Assembly: GCA_963790205.1 (NCBI GenBank) | Contig: CAWBNQ010000003.1 | Span: 704,001 to 768,000 of the forward strand | Origin: Nitrospirota bacterium | GTDB taxonomy: Bacteria; Nitrospirota; UBA9217 | Length of the DNA: 64,000 bases | Direction of reading: 5' to 3' | Shown: one piece after another, positions 1 through 10,390 of the stretch | Layout: each line of letters starts with the position of its first letter | How positions within the stretch are numbered: the first letter of the stretch is position 1 | The notes under the pieces: model-generated | Database searches by the model: none | What the model was told of the DNA's origin: nothing | The model's input: the letters and a program-made list of their open reading frames with translations, nothing else | Made by a program: the position numbers and the translations under genes

Positions 1-1196
1 TCGCGCTGGTCCTCGCTGTCGTCTGCGGGGCGTCGGCGGGATACTTTGTCGCAGGAGGACACAGCTCCGGGGTGGCCCTTTCCCTTGCCTTCCTGGTTCT
101 CATCTCGCTCGTTGCCTACATCCTGTACAGAAAAACGATATTCCCTTACTATCGCCGTCTCGAGGATGCGAATCTCGAACTGAGCCTCAAACAGGAGGAG
201 CTGCTCGATACCAAGGACGACCTCTTTATAAAGTTTCTCGGCGTTTACGACGTGAACTATGCGGCCAATTCGCCCCGCCTGTTCAAAAGCCGGATGAAAG
301 ACGTCGCCGACATAACGGCCAGGGTCATGGAGGCCGATGCCTGCTTCATCTTCCTGTATGAGAAATCGAAAGACGAACTCTTGCTCGAGGCGACCAATAA
401 GGACCAGGCCGATAGCGTAAAAAAAATCCGCATCCCGCTCGGCGAAGGCATCGAAGGATGGGTGGGGAGAAGACTCGAACCGGTCATGCTGAAAGACGTG
501 CGGGGCGACTCTCGGTTCAAGGACAGCCCCGAGCTCGCGCTGTCCCGCTACACGGCCGTCTACGCTCTTCCGCTGTACGTGTATTCAAACGGCGCGCTCG
601 TCGGCGTCATGGAGGTCCTCTACGCCAAGGCCCGGAGCTTTTCCGACGAAGAAATCAACTTTTTCACGACGCTCTCGGGCATCATTTCCACGACCATCCA
701 GAACGAGCAGATGCAGGTGGAGCTCCGCAAGATGAATCTCGAGCTTGAACAATGGGTCGCCGAAAAGACCGAAGAACTCCGGGCCTCCGAAGAGCGCTAC
801 CGGACGCTCGTGGAGAATGCCAGCGAGTCTATTTTTGTGCTTGCCGGAAACGGCGACATCGTATTCGCGAACGAGGAGGCGGCGCGCCTTACCGGCCATA
901 CCAAGTATGACCTCCTGCACAAGAATTTGTTCGAGCTTTTTGTCGATCCTGTCCAGGCCAAAGGGGTCCTGTCGGACAGTGCACAGGGGCGCCAGGCCCT
1001 CAGGCACGGCGAGCTCCGGCGGATCGATGGCGCGCTCGTGCCCGTCGATTTGAGCGCCGTGGGGCTCACGCTCATGGGAAAACGCTTTGTCCAGTCCGTC
1101 GTAAGGGACATGTCCTCCCGCGCACGACTCGAAAAGCTCCTCAAAGAAAAAGAAAAAGAAATTGCGGCCCTCAAGTCGCGACAAGGTCTCTCGTAA
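1..1196 (+). CDS. Membrane-anchored GAF + PAS sensor protein with no output domain (5' end outside window)
   Basis: Frame open from position 3 (ALVLAVVCGASAG...). TM helices, GAF (GEGIEGWV...LVGVMEV...FSDEEINFF), coiled coil, PAS (SEERYRTLVENASESIFV...RDMS). Confidence 0.8.
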   Translation, partial: ALVLAVVCGASAGYFVAGGHSSGVALSLAFLVLISLVAYILYRKTIFPYYRRLEDANLELSLKQEELLDTKDDLFIKFLGVYDVNYAANSPRLFKSRMKDVADITARVMEADACFIFLYEKSKDELLLEATNKDQADSVKKIRIPLGEGIEGWVGRRLEPVMLKDVRGDSRFKDSPELALSRYTAVYALPLYVYSNGALVGVMEVLYAKARSFSDEEINFFTTLSGIISTTIQNEQMQVELRKMNLELEQWVAEKTEELRASEERYRTLVENASESIFVLAGNGDIVFANEEAARLTGHTKYDLLHKNLFELFVDPVQAKGVLSDSAQGRQALRHGELRRIDGALVPVDLSAVGLTLMGKRFVQSVVRDMSSRARLEKLLKEKEKEIAALKSRQGLS

Positions 1197-1235
1197 AAAC
1201 CGTCCGTGAACGGGGCGGTCTCACCGATTTTTGCC

Positions 1236-1264
1236 TTTACATATTTTTTGCCTTATGGTATAAA
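1236..1264 (+). promoter_or_regulatory. Putative sigma70 promoter for the lpt-rpoN operon
   Basis: TTTACA-17 nt-TATAAA with TG extension. A perfect 10-bp hairpin follows (1272-1296). Confidence 0.5.
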
Positions 1265-1330
1265 TTATGCATATGGCGGCCTGAACGGCCGCCATACTAA
1301 CTTGTGGATTCGTTCTCTTAATTTCATTAT

Positions 1331-1897
1331 ATGAAGGTAATCGGGAAACTTTTCAAGGTGCTCTCCGTACTTCTTGTTCTCTTCGCAATTTTCTACGGCG
1401 GTTACCTCTGGTTGCGCGGAGCGGATATGACCATGCCCTCCTTGTTTCAACCGGCCCCCGGCACGCGGCGGCTCATGAGCATGGAAGGCTTCCGGTTTAC
1501 GCAGTCCGAGCACGGCCGGATATCCTGGCGCATGCATGCCCGGCAGGCCGACCTCTACGAGAGTAAAGAAGCCCGGTTGAAAGACCTCGAAATCACTTTT
1601 TTTACCCCTGACAACCGGGAGGGTACGCTGACGGGGGATGCGGGTACCATGGATACGGCTACCGGCAATGCTTCGATCAGCAGCGTTTCCCGTGAAGTCC
1701 GGGTCGTGACCAGTGACGGGTATCTTCTGACGACCAACTCTCTTTTCTGGAATGCAGGCGAACGGCTTGTCCGGACGCCTGCCCCCTTTAAGCTGCTCGG
1801 CAGCGAAATTTATCTGGAAGGAAAGGGGCTTTCGGCGAATCTGGACACGCATACGATCGTGGTGAACAGCAATGTTAAAGCGGTACTTCAGGAATAG
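1331..1897 (+). CDS. lptC: LPS export ABC transporter periplasmic protein LptC
   Basis: N-terminal TM helix, beta-jellyroll pattern, position before lptA/lptB. Confidence 0.85.
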   Translation: MKVIGKLFKVLSVLLVLFAIFYGGYLWLRGADMTMPSLFQPAPGTRRLMSMEGFRFTQSEHGRISWRMHARQADLYESKEARLKDLEITFFTPDNREGTLTGDAGTMDTATGNASISSVSREVRVVTSDGYLLTTNSLFWNAGERLVRTPAPFKLLGSEIYLEGKGLSANLDTHTIVVNSNVKAVLQE

Positions 1898-2372
1898 TCT
1901 GCTGATACTCGCCTCTCTGTTCCTGGCGGCGGCCACCCGAACGGACAACCCGGAAAAGGGGAAACGCGAACCCATCGTAATAACCTCGAGCCATATGGAG
2001 GCCGATAAGCTCGGTGACAAGGTGACCTTTACGGGCGATGTGGTCCTTAAAAAGGAAGGCATGACGCTCTATTCGGATTCGATGATCGTGTTTTACGATG
2101 TTCCGACAAAGGGTATCAAGGAAATAGAGGCCCTCGGCAACGTTGTCGTGCGCAAGGAGGGCAGGGTGGCGCTCTCAGACAAGGCGTCCTACTACAGCCG
2201 AGAAGAAAAGATCGTCCTTACCGGCGATGCCCGTATCGTCGAGAACGAGAACCAGCTGGGCGGCAAGCGCATCACGTTGTTCATGCGTGACGACCGAAGC
2301 ATCGTCGAAGGCGGCAACGTGCTGTTTTACCCGGATAAGAACAAACAGCCGGAAAGCAGAAGGGGGAAATAA
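1872..2372 (+). CDS. lptA: LPS transport periplasmic protein LptA
   Basis: Signal peptide, OstA-like motifs (PIVITS..MEA, FTGDV, A.GNV, LTG.A), synteny. Confidence 0.88.
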   Translation: MLKRYFRNSLLILASLFLAAATRTDNPEKGKREPIVITSSHMEADKLGDKVTFTGDVVLKKEGMTLYSDSMIVFYDVPTKGIKEIEALGNVVVRKEGRVALSDKASYYSREEKIVLTGDARIVENENQLGGKRITLFMRDDRSIVEGGNVLFYPDKNKQPESRRGK

Positions 2373-2384
2373 GTTTCATTGGCT

Positions 2385-3110
2385 ATGACCCAGGCGCTGG
2401 AAGCAAAAAAACTGGAGAAGACCTACCGCGGGAGAAAGATCGTCCGCGGCGTCAGCGTCCAGGTAAAATTCGGGGAAGTGGTGGGACTGCTCGGTCCAAA
2501 CGGCGCGGGCAAGACGACGACGTTTTACATGGTTGTCGGCCTGGTCAAGCCGGACCAGGGCCGGGTGATCCTCGATGGAACGGACATCACCAAAATGCCG
2601 ATGTATCAGCGGGCACGGCACGGCATCGGATATCTTCCTCAGGAGCCGTCGGTCTTCAGGAAGCTGAGCGTGGGGGACAACCTGATGGCCATCCTCGAGA
2701 CCATGGATATTTCAGCGATCGAGCGCGAGGAGCGTAAGGAGAACCTGCTGCAAGAACTGGGAATCGAGCACCTGGCGAAAAGCAAGGCGTATACCCTTTC
2801 GGGAGGAGAACGGCGACGGCTCGAGATCGCACGGGCGCTCACGCTCTCCCCCAAATTCATCCTCCTCGACGAGCCCTTCGCCGGCATCGACCCGCTCGCG
2901 GTCCAGGACATCCAGGGGATCATCTCGCTTCTGAAAAGCAAGGGAATCGGCATCCTGATCACCGACCACAACGTGAGGGAAACCCTTGCGATTACCGATC
3001 GAGCTTACATCATCAGTGAAGGCAGAATTATCGAAGCGGGGACCCCGGCTGAGATCACCGCGAGCCCGCGCGTCCGGGAATTTTATCTCGGCGAGGGTTT
3101 TCGGTTATAG
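2385..3110 (+). CDS. lptB: LPS export ABC transporter ATP-binding protein LptB
   Basis: [55 protein letters not shown]. Confidence 0.97.
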   Translation: MTQALEAKKLEKTYRGRKIVRGVSVQVKFGEVVGLLGPNGAGKTTTFYMVVGLVKPDQGRVILDGTDITKMPMYQRARHGIGYLPQEPSVFRKLSVGDNLMAILETMDISAIEREERKENLLQELGIEHLAKSKAYTLSGGERRRLEIARALTLSPKFILLDEPFAGIDPLAVQDIQGIISLLKSKGIGILITDHNVRETLAITDRAYIISEGRIIEAGTPAEITASPRVREFYLGEGFRL

Positions 3111-3129
3111 TTATACTCTATATATAGAT

Positions 3130-3272
3130 GATGGTCTCGTAAGAAGTCTCCTCTGCCGTCATTGCGAGGAGCGGAACGACGCGGCAATCTCGTTTTTTCA
3201 GGCGGTTACGAACTGCGAGATTGCTTCGCTTTGCTCGCAAAGACGGCTTAAAGGACTTTTTACGAACACATC
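3130..3272. repeat. MITE-like element with 19-bp imperfect TIRs enclosing a REP-like palindrome (3155-3247)
   Basis: GATGGTCTCGTAAGAAGTC...GACTTTTTACGAACACATC around GTCATTGCGAG...GCAATCTC...GAGATTGC...CTCGCAAAGAC. The same TIR family occurs at 58888-59020. Confidence 0.7.
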
Positions 3273-3323
3273 AACAATAGTGAGCCCACGCATGTCCGCA
3301 CTTCAAACAATGAAAGTGTCACT

Positions 3324-4799
3324 ATGGAAGCACGTCTCGAACTAAGACTTTCACAAAAGCTCATCATGACGCCGCAGCTTCAGCAAGCCATCAAGCTGCT
3401 GCAGTTGTCACGCCTTGAACTGGTGCAGTCGGTCGCTCAGGAGCTTACCGAGAACCCCGTCCTGGAGGAGTTGTCCCCGGAGTCGCCGGAGGACGCCCCG
3501 GAAGGGGAGAGCGAGGCCGCGGCGGAAGCGCCGGCCGCGGCGGAAGCGCTGCCCGAGAGCGCGCCCGAGCAGGAAGGCGCGCAGGAACTTAAGAGCGATC
3601 TCGAACTCGGACCGCAGTGGGACGAATACTTAAATGAAATGGGAGACGGCCGCGACTACGGCTCCGCGGAAGCCGACGACAAGGAACTGCCCTCCTACGA
3701 TCAGACGCTTACGCGGCTCCCCTCGCTCAGCGATCACCTGCGGTGGCAGCTCCACCTTTCCACCTCGGACCCGGCCATCGTCAGGGGAGGAGAGTGGATC
3801 ATCGGCAATCTGGACGACGACGGCTATCTCCGGGCCTCGCTTGACGAACTGAGCCAACAGTCCGAGATCGCCGTCCATGACATGCAACGCGCTCTTGACC
3901 ATATCCAGGGTTTCGACCCCCTGGGAGTGGGGGCGCGGGACCTGCGGGAATGCCTGTTGATCCAGGCGAGACAGCTGGACCTCGGCGGCTCGCTCGTGGA
4001 AAAGATCATCCTGGGCCATCTCCCCGATTTAGAGAAACGGAAATATCCGCAGATCGCCAAGGCGCTCGCTGTGACGCCCCAGGAAGTCATGGAGGCGTCA
4101 CAGGTCATCATCCACGAGCTGGAACCCAAACCGGGACGGCCGTACCTCACGTCGGAAACGAACTATGTAACGCCCGACGTGTACGTGCTCAAGGTGGAAG
4201 ACCGTTACGTGGTGCAGCTCAACGATGAAGGGCTCCCCCGGGTGCGCATCAATCCCTATTACCGGAAGCTTTTGAGCAGCAAGGACAGCGTGGACAAGGT
4301 CACGAAGGAATACATCGAAGAGCGGCTGCGCTCGGCGCAGTGGTTGATCAAGGGCATGGAGCAGCGCAGCAAAACCATCTATAGGGTGGCGGAGAGTATC
4401 GTCAAGTTCCAGACCGAGTTCCTGGACCAGGGCATTTCCCATCTCAAGCCCATGGTTTTGAAAGGCGTGGCGGAGGACATCGGCATGCACGAATCCACCA
4501 TCAGCCGTGTAACGACGAACAAGTACATGCACACGCCGCAGGGCATATTCCCGATGAAGTTTTTCTTTACCACCGGATTTTCCGTCGGGGCCGGTTCAGG
4601 GACTGAGATTTCCTCGCTCACGGTCAAGGACGTCATCCAGAAGATGATCAAGGAGGAAGACCTCGCGGCGCCGCTCAAGGACCAACAGATAGTCGATGCT
4701 TTGAAAGCGAAGGGAATCGACATCGCCAGGAGGACCGTGGCGAAATACCGGGAGGAACTCAGGATACCGCCGACGAGCGTCCGGAAAAGGATCGGATGA
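3324..4799 (+). CDS. rpoN: RNA polymerase sigma-54 factor
   Basis: MTPQLQQAIKLLQL, HESTISR HTH, RpoN box ARRTVAKYRE. Confidence 0.98.
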   Translation: MEARLELRLSQKLIMTPQLQQAIKLLQLSRLELVQSVAQELTENPVLEELSPESPEDAPEGESEAAAEAPAAAEALPESAPEQEGAQELKSDLELGPQWDEYLNEMGDGRDYGSAEADDKELPSYDQTLTRLPSLSDHLRWQLHLSTSDPAIVRGGEWIIGNLDDDGYLRASLDELSQQSEIAVHDMQRALDHIQGFDPLGVGARDLRECLLIQARQLDLGGSLVEKIILGHLPDLEKRKYPQIAKALAVTPQEVMEASQVIIHELEPKPGRPYLTSETNYVTPDVYVLKVEDRYVVQLNDEGLPRVRINPYYRKLLSSKDSVDKVTKEYIEERLRSAQWLIKGMEQRSKTIYRVAESIVKFQTEFLDQGISHLKPMVLKGVAEDIGMHESTISRVTTNKYMHTPQGIFPMKFFFTTGFSVGAGSGTEISSLTVKDVIQKMIKEEDLAAPLKDQQIVDALKAKGIDIARRTVAKYREELRIPPTSVRKRIG

Positions 4800-4953
4800 A
4801 TAAAGCAAGCACCACGTTCCAAACGCCAGTTTCCAAATAATTTCAATGCCAGAAATTCGAATGGCCACAACGGATTAGGAACTTTGAGCGTTTGAATTTA
4901 TTTGTGATTTGGGGTTTAGAGGTCTGAATTCGCGAACATCTAAGGAGGTTGCC

Positions 4954-5484
4954 ATGCAGGTTACGGTCAACGGAAGGCACATCGAGGTCACGGACTCACT
5001 CAAACAGTATGCAACGGAAAAGTTCGGCAGATTGGATAAGTATCTGCCGAAGGCCGTCCAGGCGATCATTACTCTTTCGGTGGTTAAAAAGGTCCACCAT
5101 ACAGCCGAGGCGGTCATAAAATCCAACGGCCTGCTGATCCAGGCGTCGGAGGAAACCGAAGAGATGTATTCAGCCATCGACTTGCTGATCGAGAAAATCG
5201 AGCGGAGAGTGAGGCGGTACAAGGAAAAACTGGTCGACCATAAACACCAGGGCAACAAGGGGGAGGCCGCGCTGTCATCGGCGCCGCCGTTCGAGGACCG
5301 CGTTCCGCAGATCATCAGGACCAAACGCTTCGATCTCAAGCCGATGCTCCCCGAAGAAGCCGTAATGCAGATGGAGCTGCTGGACAAGGATTTCTTCATC
5401 TTTGCAAATGCAGGCAGCGGGCTCGTGAACGTCATTTATAAAAGGAAAGACGGGAACGTGGGATTGATAGAGCCGGCTGCGTAA
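4954..5484 (+). CDS. hpf: Ribosome hibernation promoting factor, long form
   Basis: RBS AAGGAGG then ATG at 4954. MYSAIDLLIEKIERR, KPM..EEAVMQMELL, VIYKRKDG. Confidence 0.95.
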   Translation: MQVTVNGRHIEVTDSLKQYATEKFGRLDKYLPKAVQAIITLSVVKKVHHTAEAVIKSNGLLIQASEETEEMYSAIDLLIEKIERRVRRYKEKLVDHKHQGNKGEAALSSAPPFEDRVPQIIRTKRFDLKPMLPEEAVMQMELLDKDFFIFANAGSGLVNVIYKRKDGNVGLIEPAA

Positions 5485-5494
5485 GGACGGGCAC

Positions 5495-5968
5495 ATGGCC
5501 AAAATTAAGGACCTGCTGCAGGATGATCTGGTCCTCGAAGAGCTTCAAGCGACAGACAAGATAGGGGTCCTTCGGGAATTCGCCTCACACCTCAAACGCG
5601 CCGGAAAGGTCGCTGACGCGGATGAACTTCTCCGCGTGCTTGTCGAACGGGAGTCTCTCGGCAGCACGGGCATCGGCGACGGCGTCGCCATCCCGCACGG
5701 GAAACTGGGCGTTCTCCGCGACATGATCGTCGCCTTCGGCCGGTCGAGCAGCGGCGTAGACTTCCAGTCGATGGATTGCAAGCCGGCGCATCTTTTTTTT
5801 CTGCTCGTCACGCCCGCGGACAGGCCGGGGGACCATTTGAAGACGCTCGCCCGCATTTCCCGTATCCTTAAAAACCCGGTGTTCCGGGACAACCTGAAAC
5901 ACGCCGCTTACCGGCAGGAGCTCCAACGGCTGATATGCGAAGAGGACAGCAAGTATCCGCAAAAATGA
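5495..5968 (+). CDS. ptsN: PTS EIIA-Ntr-like protein
   Basis: RESLGSTGIGDGVAIPHGK phospho-His motif, HLKTLARISR. Confidence 0.92.
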   Translation: MAKIKDLLQDDLVLEELQATDKIGVLREFASHLKRAGKVADADELLRVLVERESLGSTGIGDGVAIPHGKLGVLRDMIVAFGRSSSGVDFQSMDCKPAHLFFLLVTPADRPGDHLKTLARISRILKNPVFRDNLKHAAYRQELQRLICEEDSKYPQK

Positions 5969-6849
5969 AGATCACGGTAAAAGATCTTGCAGGGAGGGCG
6001 GCGGTGCTGGCAGGCGTCGCCGGACTCGGCGCGCAGATCGTCTCTCCGCAAGTGAGCGCGCCCGACCTCTCTTCCGTGACCTCCTGGCGCGACATCACCT
6101 CAAGCGTCGTACATCTGAAACCGGGTCAGCTGGCGTACCTTGCGTCCTTGCCGTCCGGCGAGCGGCTCAGCATTGTGCGCGCCCTCCTGCGGCAGAAGCC
6201 CGCCTGCCTTGTGGTGACCGGCGGGAGCGTTTCCGCGGAGCTGATCGATAAAGCGGAGGCCGCGAAGGTTCCCGTGTTCCGGAGCAGGAGCCTGCCGAGA
6301 CTGGCCAAAACCCTTGTCGAACGACTGACGCCGTGGGTCAGCCTGCACGGCGTGCTGGTGCAGATCTTCGGTCTCGGCACGCTCATTGTCGGCGAGAGCG
6401 CCATCGGGAAGAGCGAGGCGGCCCTCGATCTGGTCCTTCGCGGGCATAAGCTTATAGCCGACGACGTGGTGATCCTCGAACGGACCAACGGCGGCATAAC
6501 CGGCCGTCCGACGGACATGGGCGCCGACCTGCTGCAGATCCGCGGGCTCGGCATCATCGACATCCGGGCACTGTACGGCGAGTCGGCGACCGCGGGCCTC
6601 TGCACGATCGGCCTCGTGGTGGAGCTCGAAGAGTGGAGAAAAGGGCAGCATTACAGCCTGATCGGACTTCGCGAACGCCGCTACAAATTGTTCGGAATGA
6701 ACCTTCCGTATCTCAAACTGCCGGTGAAAACAGGGCGCAATATGGCGACGCTCATCGAGGTCGCCGCCAGGAACCAGATGCTCAAGAACCGCGGCATTTA
6801 TACAGCCCGGGACCTGCACCGCAAACTCGTCAAGAGGCTCGCGGGATGA
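5965..6849 (+). CDS. hprK: HPr(Ser) kinase/phosphorylase
   Basis: HGVLV, GESAIGKSE, LIADD, IRGLGIIDI, GRN.ATLIEVAARN. ATGA overlap with ptsN. Confidence 0.93.
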   Translation: MKITVKDLAGRAAVLAGVAGLGAQIVSPQVSAPDLSSVTSWRDITSSVVHLKPGQLAYLASLPSGERLSIVRALLRQKPACLVVTGGSVSAELIDKAEAAKVPVFRSRSLPRLAKTLVERLTPWVSLHGVLVQIFGLGTLIVGESAIGKSEAALDLVLRGHKLIADDVVILERTNGGITGRPTDMGADLLQIRGLGIIDIRALYGESATAGLCTIGLVVELEEWRKGQHYSLIGLRERRYKLFGMNLPYLKLPVKTGRNMATLIEVAARNQMLKNRGIYTARDLHRKLVKRLAG

Positions 6850-7712
6850 AACAGGAGCGCATGGTAATCGTTACCGGGCTTTCAGGTTCAGGCCGGAGCG
6901 CTGCACTCAAGGCCTTTGAAGACATAGGATACTACTGTGTCGACAACCTCCCGCTTGTTCTGCTGTCCGCGTTCTCCGAGTTTGCCCGGGGGGCCGAGGA
7001 AGCGGTGCGCTCCGCAATCGGCATCGACATCCGGGAAAAGGATTTTCCCATACGGTTCCCGGCCCTCTATGGAGACCTTAAGGCCGGCGGCAGCGCCACG
7101 GAGTTGCTGTTCCTGGATGCGTCTGACCAAACGCTCGTGCGCCGCTTCAGCGAGACGAGGAGGCCGCATCCTCTCGCCCGGGGGGCCACGCCCCTTCTCG
7201 ACGGCATCAGGGCGGAGCGGACAGCGCTCGGCGAGGTCAAAAAACTTGCCGACCGCATCATTGATACGTCGGACTACACGGTCCACGACCTGCGCCAGGC
7301 GATAGAGCGCCGCTATGCCGAAGACGCCGCCGGCAGGCCCATGGTGATCACCCTCGTCACCTTCGGGTACAAGTACGGGATGCCCTATGACCTGGACCTG
7401 ATGTTCGATTTGCGGTTCCTCCCGAACCCGCATTTTATGCCGGAACTCCGGGAGCGCACCGGCGAGGACCAGCGGGTGAGGGATTATGTTACGGCAAAAG
7501 CCGATGCAACGGAGTTCATTTCCAGGCTGGAGGAGTTTCTCGAATATCTTCTGCCGCGCTACCGGCGCGAAGGGAAGAGCTATCTTACCATCGGTTTCGG
7601 CTGCACCGGAGGCAGGCACCGCTCGGTCGCGGTGGCGCTCATGATCGCCGATCGGCTCAGAGGAGAAGGATACGAGGTGAACGTCAAACACCGGGACATC
7701 GGGGTAGGCTGA
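6846..7712 (+). CDS. rapZ: RNase adapter RapZ / YvcJ P-loop protein
   Basis: GLSGSGRS, CVDNLP, RRFSETRRPHPL, FGYKYG, RFLPNPH, GCTGGRHRSV. Real start 6846 (ATGA overlap). Confidence 0.95.
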   Translation: MKQERMVIVTGLSGSGRSAALKAFEDIGYYCVDNLPLVLLSAFSEFARGAEEAVRSAIGIDIREKDFPIRFPALYGDLKAGGSATELLFLDASDQTLVRRFSETRRPHPLARGATPLLDGIRAERTALGEVKKLADRIIDTSDYTVHDLRQAIERRYAEDAAGRPMVITLVTFGYKYGMPYDLDLMFDLRFLPNPHFMPELRERTGEDQRVRDYVTAKADATEFISRLEEFLEYLLPRYRREGKSYLTIGFGCTGGRHRSVAVALMIADRLRGEGYEVNVKHRDIGVG

Positions 7713-7793
7713 ATCAATTGCGGAAAGCGGAATGCGGATTGTAAAATTTGCAAACCCGGATCCGAAATCCGAGATTGAAAGGAGAGGTGGGGA

Positions 7794-8195
7794 ATGATCG
7801 GATTAGTCGTGGTGTGTCATGAAGATATGGGCGCGGAACTGGTGAAGGCCGCTGAGATGATCGTGGGCAAGATCGAAGCGGTGGCGACGGTGAGCGTGAA
7901 ACAGGAGAGCGCGCCGGAAATGCTCAGAAACGAGATCCAATCCGCCATCAAGCAAGTCGACCGGAAGAAGGGCGTCATGCTCTTTACCGATATGTTCGGC
8001 GGGACCCCCTCCAACATCGCCCTCGCCTTCCTCGGGGAGGCCGTGGAGGTCGTGACCGGCGTCAACCTCTCGATGCTGATCAAGTTCGCGAACCACCGTG
8101 ATGAGAAGACGCTGTCCGAACTCGCAAAGGTCGTACAGGAGGCGGCGCAGAAGAGCATCGTGATCGCAAGCCAGATGCTCAAGGGGAAAAAATAA
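7794..8195 (+). CDS. PTS mannose/fructose/sorbose family EIIA
   Basis: N-terminal His (VVCH), TDMFGGTPSN, TGVNL.ML. Confidence 0.92.
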   Translation: MIGLVVVCHEDMGAELVKAAEMIVGKIEAVATVSVKQESAPEMLRNEIQSAIKQVDRKKGVMLFTDMFGGTPSNIALAFLGEAVEVVTGVNLSMLIKFANHRDEKTLSELAKVVQEAAQKSIVIASQMLKGKK

Positions 8196-8201
8196 CGGTC
8201 C

Positions 8202-8699
8202 ATGATTGTTTTTACGCGTATAGACGACCGGTTGATCCACGGGCAGGTGGTGGAGGGCTGGGTGAATTTCCTGAAAGCGACCGCGATCCTGGTCGCCGAC
8301 GACCGGGTGGCGGCGAACGCGCTCCAGCGGTCCATCATGGAGATATCGGCGCCTCAAGGTCTCGGGGTATTTATCGGCACGGTGGAGGACGTGTGCGGCA
8401 GGCTGCGTACTCCCGCGCCCGGCGATGAGCGGGCCATCCTGCTCTTCTCGACCCCCGCGGATGTCCTCCGGGCGCTTAAACTCGGGCTGGATTGCCGGGC
8501 GCTCAATATCGGGGGAATGCATTACGTGCCCGGCAAGCGCAAGCTCATCGATGTGCTGGCCGTCGACGACAGGGACCTGGAAGCGCTGAAAGAGATCGCC
8601 GCCCGGGGGATCAAGGTAGAGATACGGGCGGTCCCGACCCAGAAGTCCCTGCCCCTCGAAAAGCTGTTCAAGGTCTGCCGCCTGGACGAAAAAACGTAG
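8202..8699 (+). CDS. PTS mannose/sorbose family EIIB
   Basis: RIDDRLIHGQV signature, LNIGGM. Confidence 0.93.
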   Translation: MIVFTRIDDRLIHGQVVEGWVNFLKATAILVADDRVAANALQRSIMEISAPQGLGVFIGTVEDVCGRLRTPAPGDERAILLFSTPADVLRALKLGLDCRALNIGGMHYVPGKRKLIDVLAVDDRDLEALKEIAARGIKVEIRAVPTQKSLPLEKLFKVCRLDEKT

Positions 8700-8726
8700 C
8701 AAACGAAAAAGACTACCCGCTTATCC

Positions 8727-9512
8727 ATGATGATTTTTGATTTCCATACGCTTTTCGTCATCTTCGGCATCGCTCTGGTCGGAGGGGTCCTCGGGCTCGA
8801 CAGGACGGCCGCTGGACAGTTCATGATCTCTCAGCCGATAGTCGCCGGTCCGCTCATTGGGTGGATGCTCGGCGACACGGCCGCGGGGGTGGTAATCGGC
8901 GCGGTGCTTGAACTGATCTGGGTCCTCGACATGCCGGTGGGCACGTTCGTCCCCGCTGATTCCACCATCGGCGCGGTTTCGGCAACGGCCATTGCGGCCC
9001 TCGGGGGCGGCGGACACGCGACACCCGACCTGATCGGATTCAGCGTCCTTCTGACGACGGCGATGGTGCCGGTTACCATGGCGGTCGACGGGATCGTTCG
9101 CAAGCGCAACTCCCGGCTTGCCGAGAGGGCGGCGGCCGCACCGGGGGAGGACGCGGGGAAAAAGCTGTCCCGCGCGCACCTGACGGGATTGGCGGTCTTT
9201 TTTCTTAAATCGTTTGTCCTGTACCTTGTTTTTATTCCGGCGGGACTGTTTGCGGCTTCGCTGTTTGCCCGTATGCCGGAGAAAGCGCACAACGCCCTGG
9301 CCCTGTTTGTCAAGCTGCTTCCGTTGCTCGGCGCGGCACTGGTCGTCCGCAAGCTGTCGATCCGAAATCTGGACCGGTTCTTCCTGGCCGGTTTTGTCGT
9401 TGCCGCGCTCTTGACGCCGGTGTTTTCGCTGTACCCGCTGATCATTATCCTGCTCGTTATCACGGCGGGTTATTTAACAATGAAGGGATCATCGTTTCGC
9501 CAAAACGGGTAG
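8727..9512 (+). CDS. PTS mannose family EIIC
   Basis: Polytopic membrane protein, QPIVAGPLIG..LGD, G..LEL.W, PVG..VP.D. Confidence 0.88.
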   Translation: MMIFDFHTLFVIFGIALVGGVLGLDRTAAGQFMISQPIVAGPLIGWMLGDTAAGVVIGAVLELIWVLDMPVGTFVPADSTIGAVSATAIAALGGGGHATPDLIGFSVLLTTAMVPVTMAVDGIVRKRNSRLAERAAAAPGEDAGKKLSRAHLTGLAVFFLKSFVLYLVFIPAGLFAASLFARMPEKAHNALALFVKLLPLLGAALVVRKLSIRNLDRFFLAGFVVAALLTPVFSLYPLIIILLVITAGYLTMKGSSFRQNG

Positions 9513-9610
9513 TGCATTTATCTTCAAATCATAAAAGCCTTGTAACCATGAGGTGGAATTATCCTTTTTAGTACGTCGTTTTTGAAATTTGCTTTTTGAG
9601 GCGGACAACC

Positions 9611-10390
9611 ATGAACGAGGACCAGAGAGCCGTTAGGACGCTGGATTTGCTGAAGGTCTTTTTGCGGTCCTTTCTGATCCAGGCCTCGTGGAGCTATGAC
9701 CGGATGCAGTCGCTCGGCTTTGCCTACGCCATCCAGCCGGTTTTACGAAGGCTCTACCCGGACCGGGAAGAATACCGGTCCAGGCTGGACCTCCACATGG
9801 AGTATTTCAATACCCAGCCCTACCTTGCGGCGTTTATCCTTGGAGCAGCGGCGAGGATGGAGCTGGAGCGGGCCTCAGGCCGTGACCGGGAAGCTGACAT
9901 TTCGGGGCTCAAAAGCGCGCTGATGGCGCCGCTGGGAGCGCTCGGTGACAGTTTTTTCTGGGGGGCGCTTATGCCGCTGGCGGCCGTTATCGCCGTGGCA
10001 ATGCTCATGACGGGCGCCTGGTGGGCGCCCTTGCTGTTCCTCGTTTTGTATAACAGCTGGCATGTCGGGCTCAGGGCCGGAGTATTTGTGTGGGGCTATC
10101 AGAGCGCCGGCGACGCGGTAGCGCTCATGGCCCGTTACAGCTTCACAAAAATGGCGAGATTGTTCAAAGCGGTCTCCCTGACCGTGATCGGGGGGATCCT
10201 CGGCATGGCTTCATGCTGGAGGCCGGAACTCAAACTGACGGTTTCTTTGCCCGGTTTCGTCAACGCCGCTGCCGGGCTCGTGATAACGCTCGTTCTGGTC
10301 GTGGTCCTGAGAAAAGGGGGATCGCCGGTAAAACTCATGCTCGGGCTGGCAGGCGTCTGCCTTGTCCTGGCGTACATAGGAGTCGGTTGA
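9611..10390 (+). CDS. PTS mannose family EIID
   Basis: QASWSYDRMQSLGF, FNTQP, LMAPLGALGDSFFW. Confidence 0.92.
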   Translation: MNEDQRAVRTLDLLKVFLRSFLIQASWSYDRMQSLGFAYAIQPVLRRLYPDREEYRSRLDLHMEYFNTQPYLAAFILGAAARMELERASGRDREADISGLKSALMAPLGALGDSFFWGALMPLAAVIAVAMLMTGAWWAPLLFLVLYNSWHVGLRAGVFVWGYQSAGDAVALMARYSFTKMARLFKAVSLTVIGGILGMASCWRPELKLTVSLPGFVNAAAGLVITLVLVVVLRKGGSPVKLMLGLAGVCLVLAYIGVG

